A stretch of DNA of 64,000 nucleotides from assembly GCA_977018835.1 (NCBI GenBank), contig OZ361259.1:2170001-2234000 (forward strand). Reading direction: 5' to 3'. Both the position numbers and the translations under genes were made by a program. A model generated the notes under the pieces. The model was not told the origin of the DNA. It worked only from the letters and a program-made list of their open reading frames with translations, and did no database searches. Positions 1 through 11,302 of this stretch are shown one piece after another. Source of the DNA: Minutocellus sp. GHC0000111. Its lineage: Eukaryota. Numbering within the stretch: position 1 is the first letter of the stretch; each line of letters opens with the position of its first letter.

Positions 1-621
1 TTGTCTGTAAATTTCTCTCAACTTATCGAGCTCCTCCTTCTTCTGCCGAATCTTTCGCTCGTGCCGGTCATACTCATCCAGGGTTCGCTTCTCCTTCTGT
101 ATCACTTGCATTTGGCGCAACAATGCCTTCTCCTCCGCCAGGGGTAGGCTGCTTCTGGTGCGCATGGCCTCCAATTCTTCCAGCTTGGCATCCAACACTT
201 CTCGGTTTCCCTTCGGTTTCTTCGGGGCGGTCTTGCACAGACGATTCAGCTGCTCAAGAGCTGCATCGAGTTTTGCCTGAATTTTTGTTGAGGGCAGATC
301 ATCAACGGCATGGCAGAAATAGAATTTTAGAATGAGACCCAGACAAATATCCGCGAGCAAGCCGCACAGCAGGATGTCGCATAATAGAACAGATATCATG
401 ACGATGCAAGAAAGAATGCATTGGCACCATGGCAGATCCCGTGGGATGGTCGCGGATGCAGTTGCCAAGTCATTCATCATTTATTTTATTTCACGGTTTT
501 GCTTGCCCTTCCGTCGCTTGATGCGTAGCGAACCGCAGCCATCATCACTCACCTTGTCCAATTCCTTCTCGGCATTCGTTGCCCCGAGGCGCTTTTGCAG
601 CAGAGCTGACTTATCCGCCAT
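1..621 (-). CDS. Coiled-coil protein, 5' part (runs off the window start); weakly Bfr1/proton-pump-interactor-like
   Basis: ATG at 621 gives MADKSALLQKRLGATNAEKELDK. A GTGAG donor at 552 and a CAG acceptor near 277 lead to AKLDAALEQLNRL...SSLPLAEEKALLRQMQVIQKEKRTLDEYD, open to position 1. Manual translation; not in the ORF track. Confidence 0.6.
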
Positions 622-1252
622 GGCACCCGTGGACAGTTATGGGGTTGCTTTTGGCTGTTGGTATGGTCACGTTGGCAGTAACGACGGTAAAAGCGGTGGC
701 AGATACGCCATGCGAGAAAATAACAAATGGGGACAAATAACTGAAATTAGGGGCTTCCCATTCCCCGCTACTATTTTTGTCACACTTCCCGACTTGTTCG
801 AGTGCTTGAATCTCATCAATGTGTCATGTGTGCTTGTGGGGTCGCGGGATCGGCATCTGTAGCATTGCTCGGTCTCACTATTTTACTTCTCATCAAACAT
901 TATGAGAATCATCAATTGCCGGCTCTATCCGTCTCTGCTTGCCTCTTTCTAAGACAGGAATCTTATTGCACCTATTGAATAAAAACAATATCACTTTTCC
1001 TTCTTTCCCTCAGTCGCCATCGTCGTCTTGAATTAAGGCTGTGCTCCTCGATCTACCGGTAGGACAGGATAGCTCAACCTTCTCTCTAGAGATGAAACAA
1101 GACCGTTTCGATCGTACCCACACTCTATTTAAAATCTATATATATAGGCGAAACCCTTTTTAGGACGTAGCATATACGTAGCATTCACCCGGTGAATTCG
1201 CATTGCTACTACTTCGATCGGTTGATCGATTTTTCTACACGTAGCGACTTCA

Positions 1253-2347
1253 CTACGCAAGCACGGCGGCTGCTGTGCGCAAATGTCGTGCTACGGAGAT
1301 TGGCGACGAGGAATCTGAGATTGTAGATGCAGCATCGTCTCCCTCGGCCTTAGTTGGTGTGGATGGGTTGACGGGGGTTTCAGGTTGTTTCGTACCATTG
1401 TGGGAATCTTGGTCGTCATTTGAAAGAGCATATTCTTCACTGTTCTCGTACAGATTCCAAAGGCGCTCTTTTGTAAACGCAAGAGCTTCCATATCGATCT
1501 GACTGCCTGGCGAGACTGTTCGAATGAGTTCATCAAAATCACGAAGATAACTCGACGAGGCTGATGCCGAAGATAGAAGACCAAGACCCTCCATCGCGTT
1601 GAAAATTGATGCAATTGCAACAGTCGAAGCCTTTTGCGTCACGGAGACGGAATAATCGCAGATGGAAAGTTCGGCAAAGAAGAGAGAAAAATCCAAGAGG
1701 CATGTGGCCATTTCATCATCTTCAATGGTAGGGGTTGAGGGGATGGTTGGGAGAATATTCAGCAGTCTCGACACAAGACAAATGACTGTAGGGGGGTGGA
1801 GTCGCCAATGGAGTGTCTCGGATATCACGGATTCGAATTCAGCGATGTCGATCATCGCAAACTCTCCTCGGCTGAGATCCGAAAGGACGCCAATCATGCG
1901 CATCTTGTCTGGCTGATGCACTTTGACGGCGAGGTGAAGGGCTGCAGTTGCGGCTCTCTTGAAGATTCGCCGATCAATCATGGGCACACGGCTAAGGTAT
2001 CGATCGAGATAGTTCATGCTGATGGCGATAATCTCGCGGTCAATCTTGAAATAATCCATCACGCGGTACTTCCATTCAACAATCTGATCGCGGCAGAACT
2101 CGTCTACGAGCTTTGGAGGACCGGCGTCCTTAGCCTCGCACTTTGGAATGACCCATTGTGTGCTACTTTGTTGGTTCGATTGAATCACGGCAAGATAATC
2201 GTTACACGTCGCTTCATATGCGTCTTCCTGTTTCAACATTGCACCCAAAACATCGAGATGCTCCTCGGTGATGCTAATGGGCGCGTCCATAGAAGACCGG
2301 CGGTCTTCATGAAGCTCCTCACGAGGGATCATCGTCAACGTCAGCAT
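1253..2347 (-). CDS. Cyclin (cyclin box; diatom-specific cyclin type)
   Basis: RDQIVEWKYRVMDYFKIDREIIAISMNYLDRYL is the cyclin N-box; AEFESVISETLHWRLHPPT; FFAELSICDY. Start codon uncertain (2347, 2332 or 2290). Confidence 0.9.
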   Translation of the reverse strand: MLTLTMIPREELHEDRRSSMDAPISITEEHLDVLGAMLKQEDAYEATCNDYLAVIQSNQQSSTQWVIPKCEAKDAGPPKLVDEFCRDQIVEWKYRVMDYFKIDREIIAISMNYLDRYLSRVPMIDRRIFKRAATAALHLAVKVHQPDKMRMIGVLSDLSRGEFAMIDIAEFESVISETLHWRLHPPTVICLVSRLLNILPTIPSTPTIEDDEMATCLLDFSLFFAELSICDYSVSVTQKASTVAIASIFNAMEGLGLLSSASASSSYLRDFDELIRTVSPGSQIDMEALAFTKERLWNLYENSEEYALSNDDQDSHNGTKQPETPVNPSTPTKAEGDDAASTISDSSSPISVARHLRTAAAVLA

Positions 2348-3241
2348 TTTGAGATGGGGATATTGCCAAGACAAAATGAGCGCGACAGACTCCCTTTCAA
2401 GAGATGAGTTGTGCCGTGTAATGCGGACCTTTCGAAACAATAATAATGAGGGGATTGCTCAAGAATTGACAAAGGGCAAGGGAAGACTGCTGGTGTCGAG
2501 GACCACAGGGAGTCTGCAGCGACCAACCGCATCGGATCCGATCTATTTGAATTGAAAATCATGTCAAAGACACAAGTAGGTGCGCCATGGCGCCAAGGCG
2601 CGCCCGCGCGGCCAAAGCATGGGTCGGGATGCAGGCCGGGTGTCTTTTCACTATCGAATTGCACAAAAAAATTATCGCGCACTGGCTGCAGTGTGCCAAC
2701 GCTGCGATTGGAAATTTAACCGCCAGACAGGCAGCAAGTACCGACCGGTAAATGTATCTACCTTGTAGATCTACTTAGCTAAGCCACATGTAGGCCTTTG
2801 CTACCGGTCCCTTAGGAATTCCTAGTGATGTACGTTTACAGTGTGCAGAGGATATCTGCTTCTTGATTTCGCATTCGGCCCCCGCCCGATCTCCACAAAA
2901 ATTCGTCAACTTTCATTCAATACACAAGATCTATTTTCCGCTGTGAGCGAGCTAGAGTCCTACATGAATACCTAACGGTACCGGTGTGTCCATACAGATT
3001 GTATTATTTCATTACAATCTTCCTAACTACATGATATCAACACATGTACATTTGTACATGTAGATCCACACATACATACATGTACGGTAGCTGATAGTAG
3101 ATCTAGTAGACTTACATGTAGTCTAGTAGAGATCGAGCTTGCAATGAAATCCGTCGTCTCACACCCATCTGCACCTTCTAGCTAGCTACATGTAGAGTAA
3201 GATGGCCGAAAACAAATTATAAACCGTTACCCATATTCACC

Positions 3242-6200
3242 TTAGCTGTAATCCCTCCTTTCATGAACAGACCACTTCAGCCCGGCCTGTTCCAGCCTAG
3301 TGACGAACTCCTGCTTCAGCTTGTTCTTGGCATATGCAGATCGTTGCCGATTCACCCAACGGCCAAGGCTCTTCGGGGGGTTGTCGTCGGTTTTGAAGTT
3401 TGCCGGTACATTGCCATCCCATCCGGATTCAGGATTCTCCGTGCGACGATCTTCGGCATATTCCAAAAGCGCTTCGTACATAACATCCCACGACGTTGTA
3501 GACAAGACAGACCACCTCAAACCAATGCGCTCCAACTCTTCCTGGCGTTCTTTCTTCAGTTTGCCTGCCTGGTAAAGACTTCGCTGTCTGTTGATCCAGC
3601 GGCCGAGATTCTTGTCCTCGTCGAAATCGCTGCCGTTGGCCTTGATTCTGTAATTTGTTGGGACGTTTCCATCCCAGCTCTCTCCGCTCGCCTCCTTTTC
3701 TTGGACATACTTTCGGAGTTCTCTGAGCATGTCGGGCCATGCATTCGTTGATAGCACGCTCCATTTGAGACCAGTGCTGAGAAGCCTCTCCTCACGTTCT
3801 GGCTTGAGCGACCCCTTCGTTTTGGCCGACCGCTGATTATTGATCCATCGACCAAGAGCTTTCCCGTCTTTGGTCTTGTACGTGGTAGGGACGTTGCCAT
3901 CCCATTTCCACGGTTTGCCTCCTCTCATAGTGCCAGAATGCTTGGTATTTTGCTCTCGAACATATTCCACGAGACATTCGAACATTTCATCCCACTTTTG
4001 ATTCGACTGCGTGTTGCTTGTGGAGTAGGACATTGCGCTCCCGGGCGTTGCAATCGATGAGTATGACCCCGCTGTCGATGCAGATGCGCCGGTAGCAGGC
4101 GTTGATGGTACAAGGCGGCGAGGGGCAGCACCAGGTGTAGTCAAATTTTGGCGAATCGTACCATTTCCGACGGCAGGAGCAATGGCCACAGATGCGGTAG
4201 ATGTTGTTGCTGAAGGCATGGGAGGCCGCCCCACAACCACGGGCGTCCGGTTATGAATGAGTGGCGTGTGATCGGGGGGCGTAGGCCGTTTTGTGCGCTT
4301 CTTCAGAGGTGGTTGAGGTGCCGGTGTCTTCGGAGTTGGCTGTGACACTCTACTTGAGACTGTCGAAGGTGGAGGACTCTTCATATTACCGCTGGGTATG
4401 ATGGTACTTGGTATACCTGATGGCCCAACCTTTGGATTTAGCGCGGTCGGGGGAGGGACTACTGTGGCTCCAGCAGCAGCCATTTTCGTGAGATCTCCGG
4501 GCAAAGTTGCAGAGCTAGCGGCGTCGACAGCTGCGGCGACTGCGTCGTAATCCACTGATATCTGAGAATTAGTTGTCGAAGGGGCCGCTGGTGCAGCAAC
4601 GGCGGCGGCGGCGGCTGGTGCTGCTGCTGGCGGCGGCGCGACAACAGGTGCCGGCTTTTCTTTTACAGGCGGAACGTCAGGAAGTGGAGCGGGTAAATCC
4701 GCCATTGCCATATCGAAAAATCCAAACCCACTATCTGTTCGTTTCCTCGGGGGCAATCTCTTCTTCTCAGTGGGAGGCTTTGCAGCCTTGGTTATGGCTG
4801 ATAATGAAGCACCAGTAGCAACCTGCGATGCAACCTTTGGACCCGGTAGTGATATTGATGTCGGAGCGGGCAACGTGCTTCCACTACTTGCAGCAATGGT
4901 CGATGTGGGTGCTCCAGGATGCCTAATGACGGCATTTTGTGGCTTTTCCGATGGCGCGGTGGGCGTCTTTGTATTAACAGTGGTGGTCGCCGACGAAATG
5001 GCAGAGGTACCGATCGACTTCTTTGGAAGTTTTGGTGCAGTGGCGGCGGCGCCTGCTATAGGTGCGGAGCGAGCTGCTACCTGTGGCCTAACCACTGGCT
5101 TGATTCCTGACTTCGCAGCGCTTGAAGGCTTGGCCCCAGGCTTGCTAGACTTCACAGCGCTTGAAGGCTTGGCCATTGTTACAGGCCGTGCGGTGTATTC
5201 GATCTTGACTTTCTTCATGCCCGGTGGCGTCTTGCCCCCTGCCTTTGTGCTCGCAATGGCCTTTTCAACGTCGCTGGCAATATTGAACAGCTGCTTGCTC
5301 ACAGTAGCCATGGCTGCCGCAACAATGGCAGAAAATTCCGCTGGGGAGGCACCAGCAGCAGTGGCTGCTTCAGCAGCAGCCTTTGCGGCAGCGGCGGCTG
5401 CTCCGTGGGGCATATTTTTGGGGAAATTGACAGAGAGGGAGTGTGTGACAGGCGCAGCAGAAGCCGCATCAGCCCTCCTAATCTTCGATGTCGATTTGGT
5501 CTTCGTTCCGCTGGCACCAGTAGCTGGCCGAGCTGCTGCAGATTTCTTTGTTTTCACGGCAATCTTTTTCGGCACTGACGAAGTTTTGGATGCTGAAGAT
5601 TTCTTTCCTCTTTGAATCTGAGCCGCGGCTGCACCAGGCCCAGTACTGCCACTTGCCAAGCTAGCCTGCGCCGACGTCGGTGGGGTTGCCATCTGAACTA
5701 ATGCTAAACCACCAGCGGTATCGCTGGCATCTATGTGGCCTGAAGAAGCAGTAACGTCGTGGTGAAGCGCATTGGCGGTGATTTCCGCCACAATGTCGGC
5801 ATGACCAGCGGCAGCTCCAAAGGAGATGTCCGACATACCTCCCCAGGAGTCGGCCCGCTCCCTGGCGGATGTTGCAATGAGTGCGGTCCATGATTCGGTC
5901 GTATCCGACCGTTGACGACCTCCACTCCCAATTCCACTCGCGCCCCCACCACTGATGAGGGCTTCGTACAAAAGCTTCTGATGCGCAGAATCAAGGGTGT
6001 GAGCAGAATCTTGCGAATGATCCGAATTCTTGCGATTTTTGCCATCTGTTGCCGATGAAGCCGTTGCTCCAGACCCTCCGTGTCTTTTTGAAGTACCTGG
6101 TCCTGTTCCTCCCGCGGCAGCTGCCGCGGCTGCGTGCGATAAGGCAGCAGGCTTGGTCTCTCCAAGAGCATCGAGATGGTCCAGCGCCGAGCTAATCGTA

Positions 6201-7432
6201 TCGCCGCGGCGTTTATTTCGTTGGCTGCCTCGGCTAGTTTTTTGCTGCGCATGCGAAGAGGATGCAATTTCTTTGGAATTTCCGGAATGGTGGGAAGAGT
6301 ACGACCCATGACTACCGCTCCGTAACTTGCCAGACAAATTGGTATCAAAATGAACATGGCCGTCTGGTCCATCAGGCGCGCCTAAGCCTTCGCCGAGCGC
6401 CACACCACTGAGAAATTCCAGCGTATTGGATCTCGATCGTCCTCCACTGCCGCCCAATCCTAGTAGGTCCGAACAACTGCCTTCCAGAAGCCCCGCACCT
6501 GCCATCAGATCAAGCGTATTGGACCGTGATCGCAGTCCAAGGGAGCCGATGGATTCCTGCGACATACTCCGAGGGCGGGATCCCAACAGCGCGTCGACTG
6601 CCGTCCCAACCAAAGAATCGACAGGATCCCCATGAGGATGATGACCAGAATGGTCCGAGGGGGGTGGGTGAGAACCTGTTAGGGAGAAGTCCACCGATAG
6701 CTTGCGCGATCGGCCACTGGCTCCACCGCCGCTAGCGCCTCCTGAAACTGGTGCCGAAGGGAAGTGATCCTCGGGAGAACCGGCGGCGCCAATCAAGCCA
6801 GCATCGGCTCCAACGCCGAAAGAGAAGAGGCGGTCCCTCCCGCCCAATAAGCTAGTATCGGCAAAGGAGAGCAATCGATCCCTCCCGCTGGCTCCGTCGA
6901 AACCATCCATCCCACCGCCAAGCAGAGATGCTGGGTCGACGACCTCGACGACAGGCCCTGCGATGGTGGGTCCTGCCGACTCGTTACCTGTCGTAGCGGC
7001 CGAAGCCATACTGAGACCACGGGACCGCGTCCGAGGGCGCTTGGAGGGGGGGATCTTGGTCGGTGGGGTATCGTCAGCATCCATGTCCTCGTCGCCTTCT
7101 TCCAGGGTCGGAGCGAAATTTTTGGCGGCAGCGGTAGCGCCGCTCGACGACGAAGACGCTGCCGAGGCGGCCTTCTTGCCCTTTCGTCTCTTGCTCGCAT
7201 TGGATATGGCAGGAGTTTCGGCCGATGCCGAGGCAGCCGATCTGGCTGACGCGTCGCTCTTGCCCCGGGTCCTTCTGGGACTGTGTCTCCTTGCCGCCGA
7301 AGCGTTATCGCCGGCACCGCCGTCCGCCTCGCCGGCTTCTTCCAGCATCGCTTCTTCGTCCTTCATGATAGCCTCCTCTTCTTCGAGGTGAGAGAAAGAA
7401 CGGAGCTTGCGCTTCTTGTTGACATACGTCAT
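3242..7432 (-). CDS. Helicase-associated (HA) domain repeat protein with a long low-complexity N-terminus
   Basis: Three C-terminal repeats of the form W..M...L..Y...WDGNVP..YK...LGRWxNxQR...L...GLxW. Basic KKRK motif after the likely start MTYVNKKRK. Confidence 0.85.
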   Translation of the reverse strand: MTYVNKKRKLRSFSHLEEEEAIMKDEEAMLEEAGEADGGAGDNASAARRHSPRRTRGKSDASARSAASASAETPAISNASKRRKGKKAASAASSSSSGATAAAKNFAPTLEEGDEDMDADDTPPTKIPPSKRPRTRSRGLSMASAATTGNESAGPTIAGPVVEVVDPASLLGGGMDGFDGASGRDRLLSFADTSLLGGRDRLFSFGVGADAGLIGAAGSPEDHFPSAPVSGGASGGGASGRSRKLSVDFSLTGSHPPPSDHSGHHPHGDPVDSLVGTAVDALLGSRPRSMSQESIGSLGLRSRSNTLDLMAGAGLLEGSCSDLLGLGGSGGRSRSNTLEFLSGVALGEGLGAPDGPDGHVHFDTNLSGKLRSGSHGSYSSHHSGNSKEIASSSHAQQKTSRGSQRNKRRGDTISSALDHLDALGETKPAALSHAAAAAAAGGTGPGTSKRHGGSGATASSATDGKNRKNSDHSQDSAHTLDSAHQKLLYEALISGGGASGIGSGGRQRSDTTESWTALIATSARERADSWGGMSDISFGAAAGHADIVAEITANALHHDVTASSGHIDASDTAGGLALVQMATPPTSAQASLASGSTGPGAAAAQIQRGKKSSASKTSSVPKKIAVKTKKSAAARPATGASGTKTKSTSKIRRADAASAAPVTHSLSVNFPKNMPHGAAAAAAKAAAEAATAAGASPAEFSAIVAAAMATVSKQLFNIASDVEKAIASTKAGGKTPPGMKKVKIEYTARPVTMAKPSSAVKSSKPGAKPSSAAKSGIKPVVRPQVAARSAPIAGAAATAPKLPKKSIGTSAISSATTTVNTKTPTAPSEKPQNAVIRHPGAPTSTIAASSGSTLPAPTSISLPGPKVASQVATGASLSAITKAAKPPTEKKRLPPRKRTDSGFGFFDMAMADLPAPLPDVPPVKEKPAPVVAPPPAAAPAAAAAVAAPAAPSTTNSQISVDYDAVAAAVDAASSATLPGDLTKMAAAGATVVPPPTALNPKVGPSGIPSTIIPSGNMKSPPPSTVSSRVSQPTPKTPAPQPPLKKRTKRPTPPDHTPLIHNRTPVVVGRPPMPSATTSTASVAIAPAVGNGTIRQNLTTPGAAPRRLVPSTPATGASASTAGSYSSIATPGSAMSYSTSNTQSNQKWDEMFECLVEYVREQNTKHSGTMRGGKPWKWDGNVPTTYKTKDGKALGRWINNQRSAKTKGSLKPEREERLLSTGLKWSVLSTNAWPDMLRELRKYVQEKEASGESWDGNVPTNYRIKANGSDFDEDKNLGRWINRQRSLYQAGKLKKERQEELERIGLRWSVLSTTSWDVMYEALLEYAEDRRTENPESGWDGNVPANFKTDDNPPKSLGRWVNRQRSAYAKNKLKQEFVTRLEQAGLKWSVHERRDYS

Positions 7433-8263
7433 GGTGACCGTTGTATCCTTGCCCCCAACTTGGAGCTGGTGGTCCGTCGCTCGGTGGCACAACTTAGGCT
7501 TTGCAATTGCGTTCGTTCGTCGAGAAAAAATGAAGAGAGGTAGAGGGGCTCGGTTCCAAGAACGATGCACAAGATGCGTCGCAAATCGAAAGCTCGAACA
7601 CCGAGAGGCCAACGCAAACGACAGAGGCAGCCACTACCAACCTCTGGTCTTCTAGCCTGTAAATTCGTTTCAAGGGAGGTTGGCAAGGCTGTGCTTTGCT
7701 TCTTCCCAACGAAAGATGGGAGGCGAGGGTGGGTCGGCTGGTCACTTGAAGATGCGCACCGTCGTCGCGATTCTTGGTTGAGCTTTTTGAGGTCCTGTCC
7801 GTCGTCGGAAAATAATACGATTGCTAAAGAGTTTTCATCTGCTGCTTGGGGGGAGCGGAGAGAGAGATGGGAGGAGCAGAGAAACGCACATAAATGTATG
7901 GAGGAATTCCTATCTGACAGCGAGTAGGAGAGAGAGAGATGCGTGGACATGGTGATCTGTTTGTGGGGAAGGAGGATGGGAAGAGGCTCTCTCTCGTTGA
8001 GAGCCAGACGCCGCGCCAACTCCTTTCCCTCCGTCTCTCCCCGAATGTCGAAACGAATAGGCCTAAGGTTTACGTTCCGGTGATAGAATTGAACTTGAAC
8101 GTCTAGAGAGGAGAAAACATAACTGAGCGCACTATCAAGCTTAGGAGCTGTACAATGTAGATATAGAGATCTACTAGTACCGGTATTCTTCCCTGCTTGG
8201 CACATGCGCACTCGTCACTCTTCGCATTCGTAGATCTACATGTACTGCAACTTTGAACCAGAT

Positions 8264-9358
8264 CTAATCAATCAGACCATAATCATTTTTGAGAATATCA
8301 ATGATTTCCTTCTTTGGATTGGCACTTCGGACGATGGGCTGGCCAGTAATTTTCTCGGCAATTCCCATGTATGTCTTCGAAACGGTCTGAAGAGCCTCAA
8401 CGGGCAAAGCATTGTCGCGGGCAAGAGCCGTACGTTCCTCCATTCGAGATTTGTTGAGAAGAATATCAGGATCGGGGAAGTGGCTCAGCAGAAACTTGCG
8501 AAAGCCCTCCTTGGAATTCTCCACGACCTTGCCCGCCTTGTATTCGGTCTCGTCCCAGATACGAGAAGAGTCCGGAGTACCGACTTCGTCCATGTAAATC
8601 AATTTTTCCTTGCCAGATCCATCCCTGACATATCCAAATTCAAACTTGGTATCGACAAAGATCTGGCTTACTCCAGCAAGTGCCTTGTCGATCACCCCAA
8701 AGCCTTCCTTGAACAAATTTTCATATGCGTCAATGTCTTCGGGTTTCGAGAAGTTGAATGCGGCCTCAATATTCTTGCGGGTAATGTTGACATCATCAAC
8801 CTCGGGAACACCTGGAATGCCTTTCAAGATGCCCTTTGTGGAGGGAGTGATGAGCAACTCTGGCAGCTTGGAATCCTTCTGCAGACCCTCTGGGAGCTGG
8901 ATGCCGCAGAATTCCCGCTCCCCCTTGGAATATGCGCGCCACATCGATCCCGTGATGTACTGTCGGCAGATGGCTTCGATCATGACCGGCTTGGCCTTTT
9001 GGACAATCCAAACGAAGGGGTGGGGGATATCGAGGATGTGGCTGTCGGCCAGCCCATTCTCCTTGAAGAGCTTGAACCAGTGGTTGGAAACAGCGTTGAG
9101 AGAGGCGCCCTTTCCAGGCACACCCTTCAGACCGCCCTCCCCGTGCCAGATGCAATCAAAGGCGGAAATGCGGTCGGAAATGACCATGATGGCCAATGGA
9201 GCGTCGGGGGCAACGTCGTAGCCCTTCTCTTGGATGAGACGCTTGCTATCTTTCTCTGTGAGCCAGTACACGGAGCGCACCTTGCCGCTGTGGACCGGCT
9301 GGTCCGTGCGGATGGGGAGGTCGTCGTTCACGGCGAGGACTTGGTCGGCGAGGCTCAT
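8264..9358 (-). CDS. purC: SAICAR synthetase, Vibrio/gammaproteobacterial long type
   Basis: [66 protein letters not shown]; intronless. Confidence 0.95.
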   Translation of the reverse strand: MSLADQVLAVNDDLPIRTDQPVHSGKVRSVYWLTEKDSKRLIQEKGYDVAPDAPLAIMVISDRISAFDCIWHGEGGLKGVPGKGASLNAVSNHWFKLFKENGLADSHILDIPHPFVWIVQKAKPVMIEAICRQYITGSMWRAYSKGEREFCGIQLPEGLQKDSKLPELLITPSTKGILKGIPGVPEVDDVNITRKNIEAAFNFSKPEDIDAYENLFKEGFGVIDKALAGVSQIFVDTKFEFGYVRDGSGKEKLIYMDEVGTPDSSRIWDETEYKAGKVVENSKEGFRKFLLSHFPDPDILLNKSRMEERTALARDNALPVEALQTVSKTYMGIAEKITGQPIVRSANPKKEIIDILKNDYGLID

Positions 9359-9475
9359 CTTGGCGCAACACTTGAGAGAATCGAATCGAGCGGTGCGCTG
9401 CGAGATCGCGGCGGAAGACGGACGGACGTGCGTTTGTGACCGAATGAATGAATTGAAGAATTGCAGACAGAATGA

Positions 9476-9966
9476 TCGTCGTCCGACTTCTTCTCCTCCT
9501 CGTCTCCGTCGACGTCCATGGCAGCCGGTGGCGGGGCAACGCCGAGGGAGAGCAGAACCTCCCGACCCCGGCCGCCCGCACCGGCCGGATCGAGCAGCGC
9601 ATCGGCCGCCCCGACCACGTCGGTCAGGGCGGCGTCCTTGGCGGCCCCAGACGAGGTGCCCAGCCACCTCCGAACGATCTTGGGGGGGTTGGAGTGCAGC
9701 ACCGCCTCGACGGTCGAGGTGAGCGTCGCGGCGCTGCCCGTGCCGGGGAGGCCCCCCGCACCGCCGGCGGATGTGCCATCTTTGGTGCTGGGTGAGGCGG
9801 CGGCTGCCGTGGCCTTCTTGCCGCCGCCCAGGAGACGCTCAAGGCGCTTCCCGGCCGCGATCAGAGGGGGTACCACAACCTTGGGCTTGGCCTCGTCGTC
9901 TTTGTTGGCGGCTGCTGGGGCAGCAGCGGCCGCTTCGGCGTCCTTTTTGGTGGTATCTTCTCCCAT
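9476..9966 (-). pseudogene. N-terminal fragment resembling diatom 26S proteasome subunit RPN3/PSMD3, truncated
   Basis: MGEDTTKKDAE...[17 protein letters not shown]...[20 protein letters not shown]...LLDP...AMDVD recalls diatom RPN3 N-termini (from memory). Coding-like composition stops abruptly near 9476 and no PCI domain follows. Confidence 0.5.
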
Positions 9967-10423
9967 CTTGTTGCTCTCTTTGTGTTTCCTTGGGACTCCA
10001 AAAAATGGCGGAAGAGGACATATGAGCCACTATTTTTTCCTACAGTAGTGCCTAAGTATCTCCAGTTCGGGCATTCGTCAAAAGCACAAAGTAGATACCA
10101 TGGTAGTCTCTTTTTGTCATTGATGGGAATCTAATTGGTGTTTTTGAACACAGCCTGCCTTTTCGGAACCGCCATTTTAGGCCTTCTCACGCATTGTGGC
10201 AGCGTCAGCAAGAAAGCCACAGCCTGGTGATCACCCCTCATGCAGTCATCTTCGGATGACTGATACAGTCCGGACTGTACCGATGTGCACGCACATTATG
10301 AGTTAAGTACAATGAATTTATGTTATCTCTACATATGGTCTATTTTGGTGTTACGGTATTAGACTAGGAATTAATGAAAGGATGTCTTGCTTGTCACTTT
10401 TCTACCGGTATGTCTTTCTTTTT

Positions 10424-11302
10424 TTAGGCAGTGATTGCGTTCCTCGAAACACGCCTCTGCATCGGCCGGTGGTAGCTTGATCCTCCTCCTTCTCCTCCCA
10501 CCAGGACTTCTCCACGCCTTCTTCGGGGTCCCAAAGGAATTTCAAGCAAGAGGGAAGAGCCGCCAGATGATGAGGACGACAAAGAATCGCAATCAGCACC
10601 TGCTCCTGCCATCGTTGGTGTGTTGTTGGATTTACTCGTCTTTTTCCATTGCTTCTCACTCCGTCTTCGCATCCTTTGGATCGTCTTGAGCTGGATGGAG
10701 TCGTTGGACAGGATGGCATATTCGATCGGTGACATATGGTCGGAGTCTTCCAGATTCAGAGTTTCGGGTGCGGCATTGACGAGCAGATGAATGGCGATCT
10801 GAGATGGCGATCGCTGCGAAGACATCTTCCGGTACTGAATGATGGAGCTGGAAGGTCGGGACGACATGCCTGGGAAGCTGCTATCATCATCACCTACAAG
10901 TCGAATATCATCGGCCGATGCCAATAGCAAATGAAGGGGAGTCCGGCCATCGCAGTCGAGTTCTGTTGCTATTGTTCGAGGACGTTTCTGTAGCAAGTAT
11001 TCCATTGTTTCGGGGCTCGACCAGGACATGGCGGCAATGTGAAGGAGGTTTCGCTGGGCGGCATCTGTCTCGTACAGACACGCCTCTTTGCGATTCAAAA
11101 TAGAATTGACTAATCTAAGTGGGGCGTGATACTTGAGGGCGTTGTGGAGGACCAGAGGCTCGTCCTGTAGTTGGTTGAGGCCGCGATCGGTGCGCAGGTG
11201 ACGCTGGACGTCATGCCAGGACCGACTCTGGATGAGATGCTGATAAAAGTTGGAGCCGTTCTCGTCAAATTGAATGGTATCGAGGGGTGCACTTTCGACC
11301 AT
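10424..11302 (-). CDS. Ankyrin-repeat-like protein
   Basis: LVLHNALKY, RNLLHIAAM, DCDGRTPLHLLL, LEDSDHMSPIEYAI. The ORF is open upstream to 11464. Confidence 0.75.
   Translation of the reverse strand: MVESAPLDTIQFDENGSNFYQHLIQSRSWHDVQRHLRTDRGLNQLQDEPLVLHNALKYHAPLRLVNSILNRKEACLYETDAAQRNLLHIAAMSWSSPETMEYLLQKRPRTIATELDCDGRTPLHLLLASADDIRLVGDDDSSFPGMSSRPSSSIIQYRKMSSQRSPSQIAIHLLVNAAPETLNLEDSDHMSPIEYAILSNDSIQLKTIQRMRRRSEKQWKKTSKSNNTPTMAGAGADCDSLSSSSSGGSSLLLEIPLGPRRRRGEVLVGGEGGGSSYHRPMQRRVSRNAITA

Noticed and set aside
332..862. 176-aa plus-strand ORF
   Set aside because: Overlaps the intron, first exon and upstream region of the minus-strand gene; no protein-like features.
9359..9400. CTCAAG...CCAAG-ATG before purC as a dinoflagellate spliced-leader relic
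   Set aside because: Only the last six bases match CCGTAGCCATTTTGGCTCAAG; insufficient.
8240..9439. 399-aa plus-strand ORF
   Set aside because: Antisense shadow of purC with no recognisable motifs.
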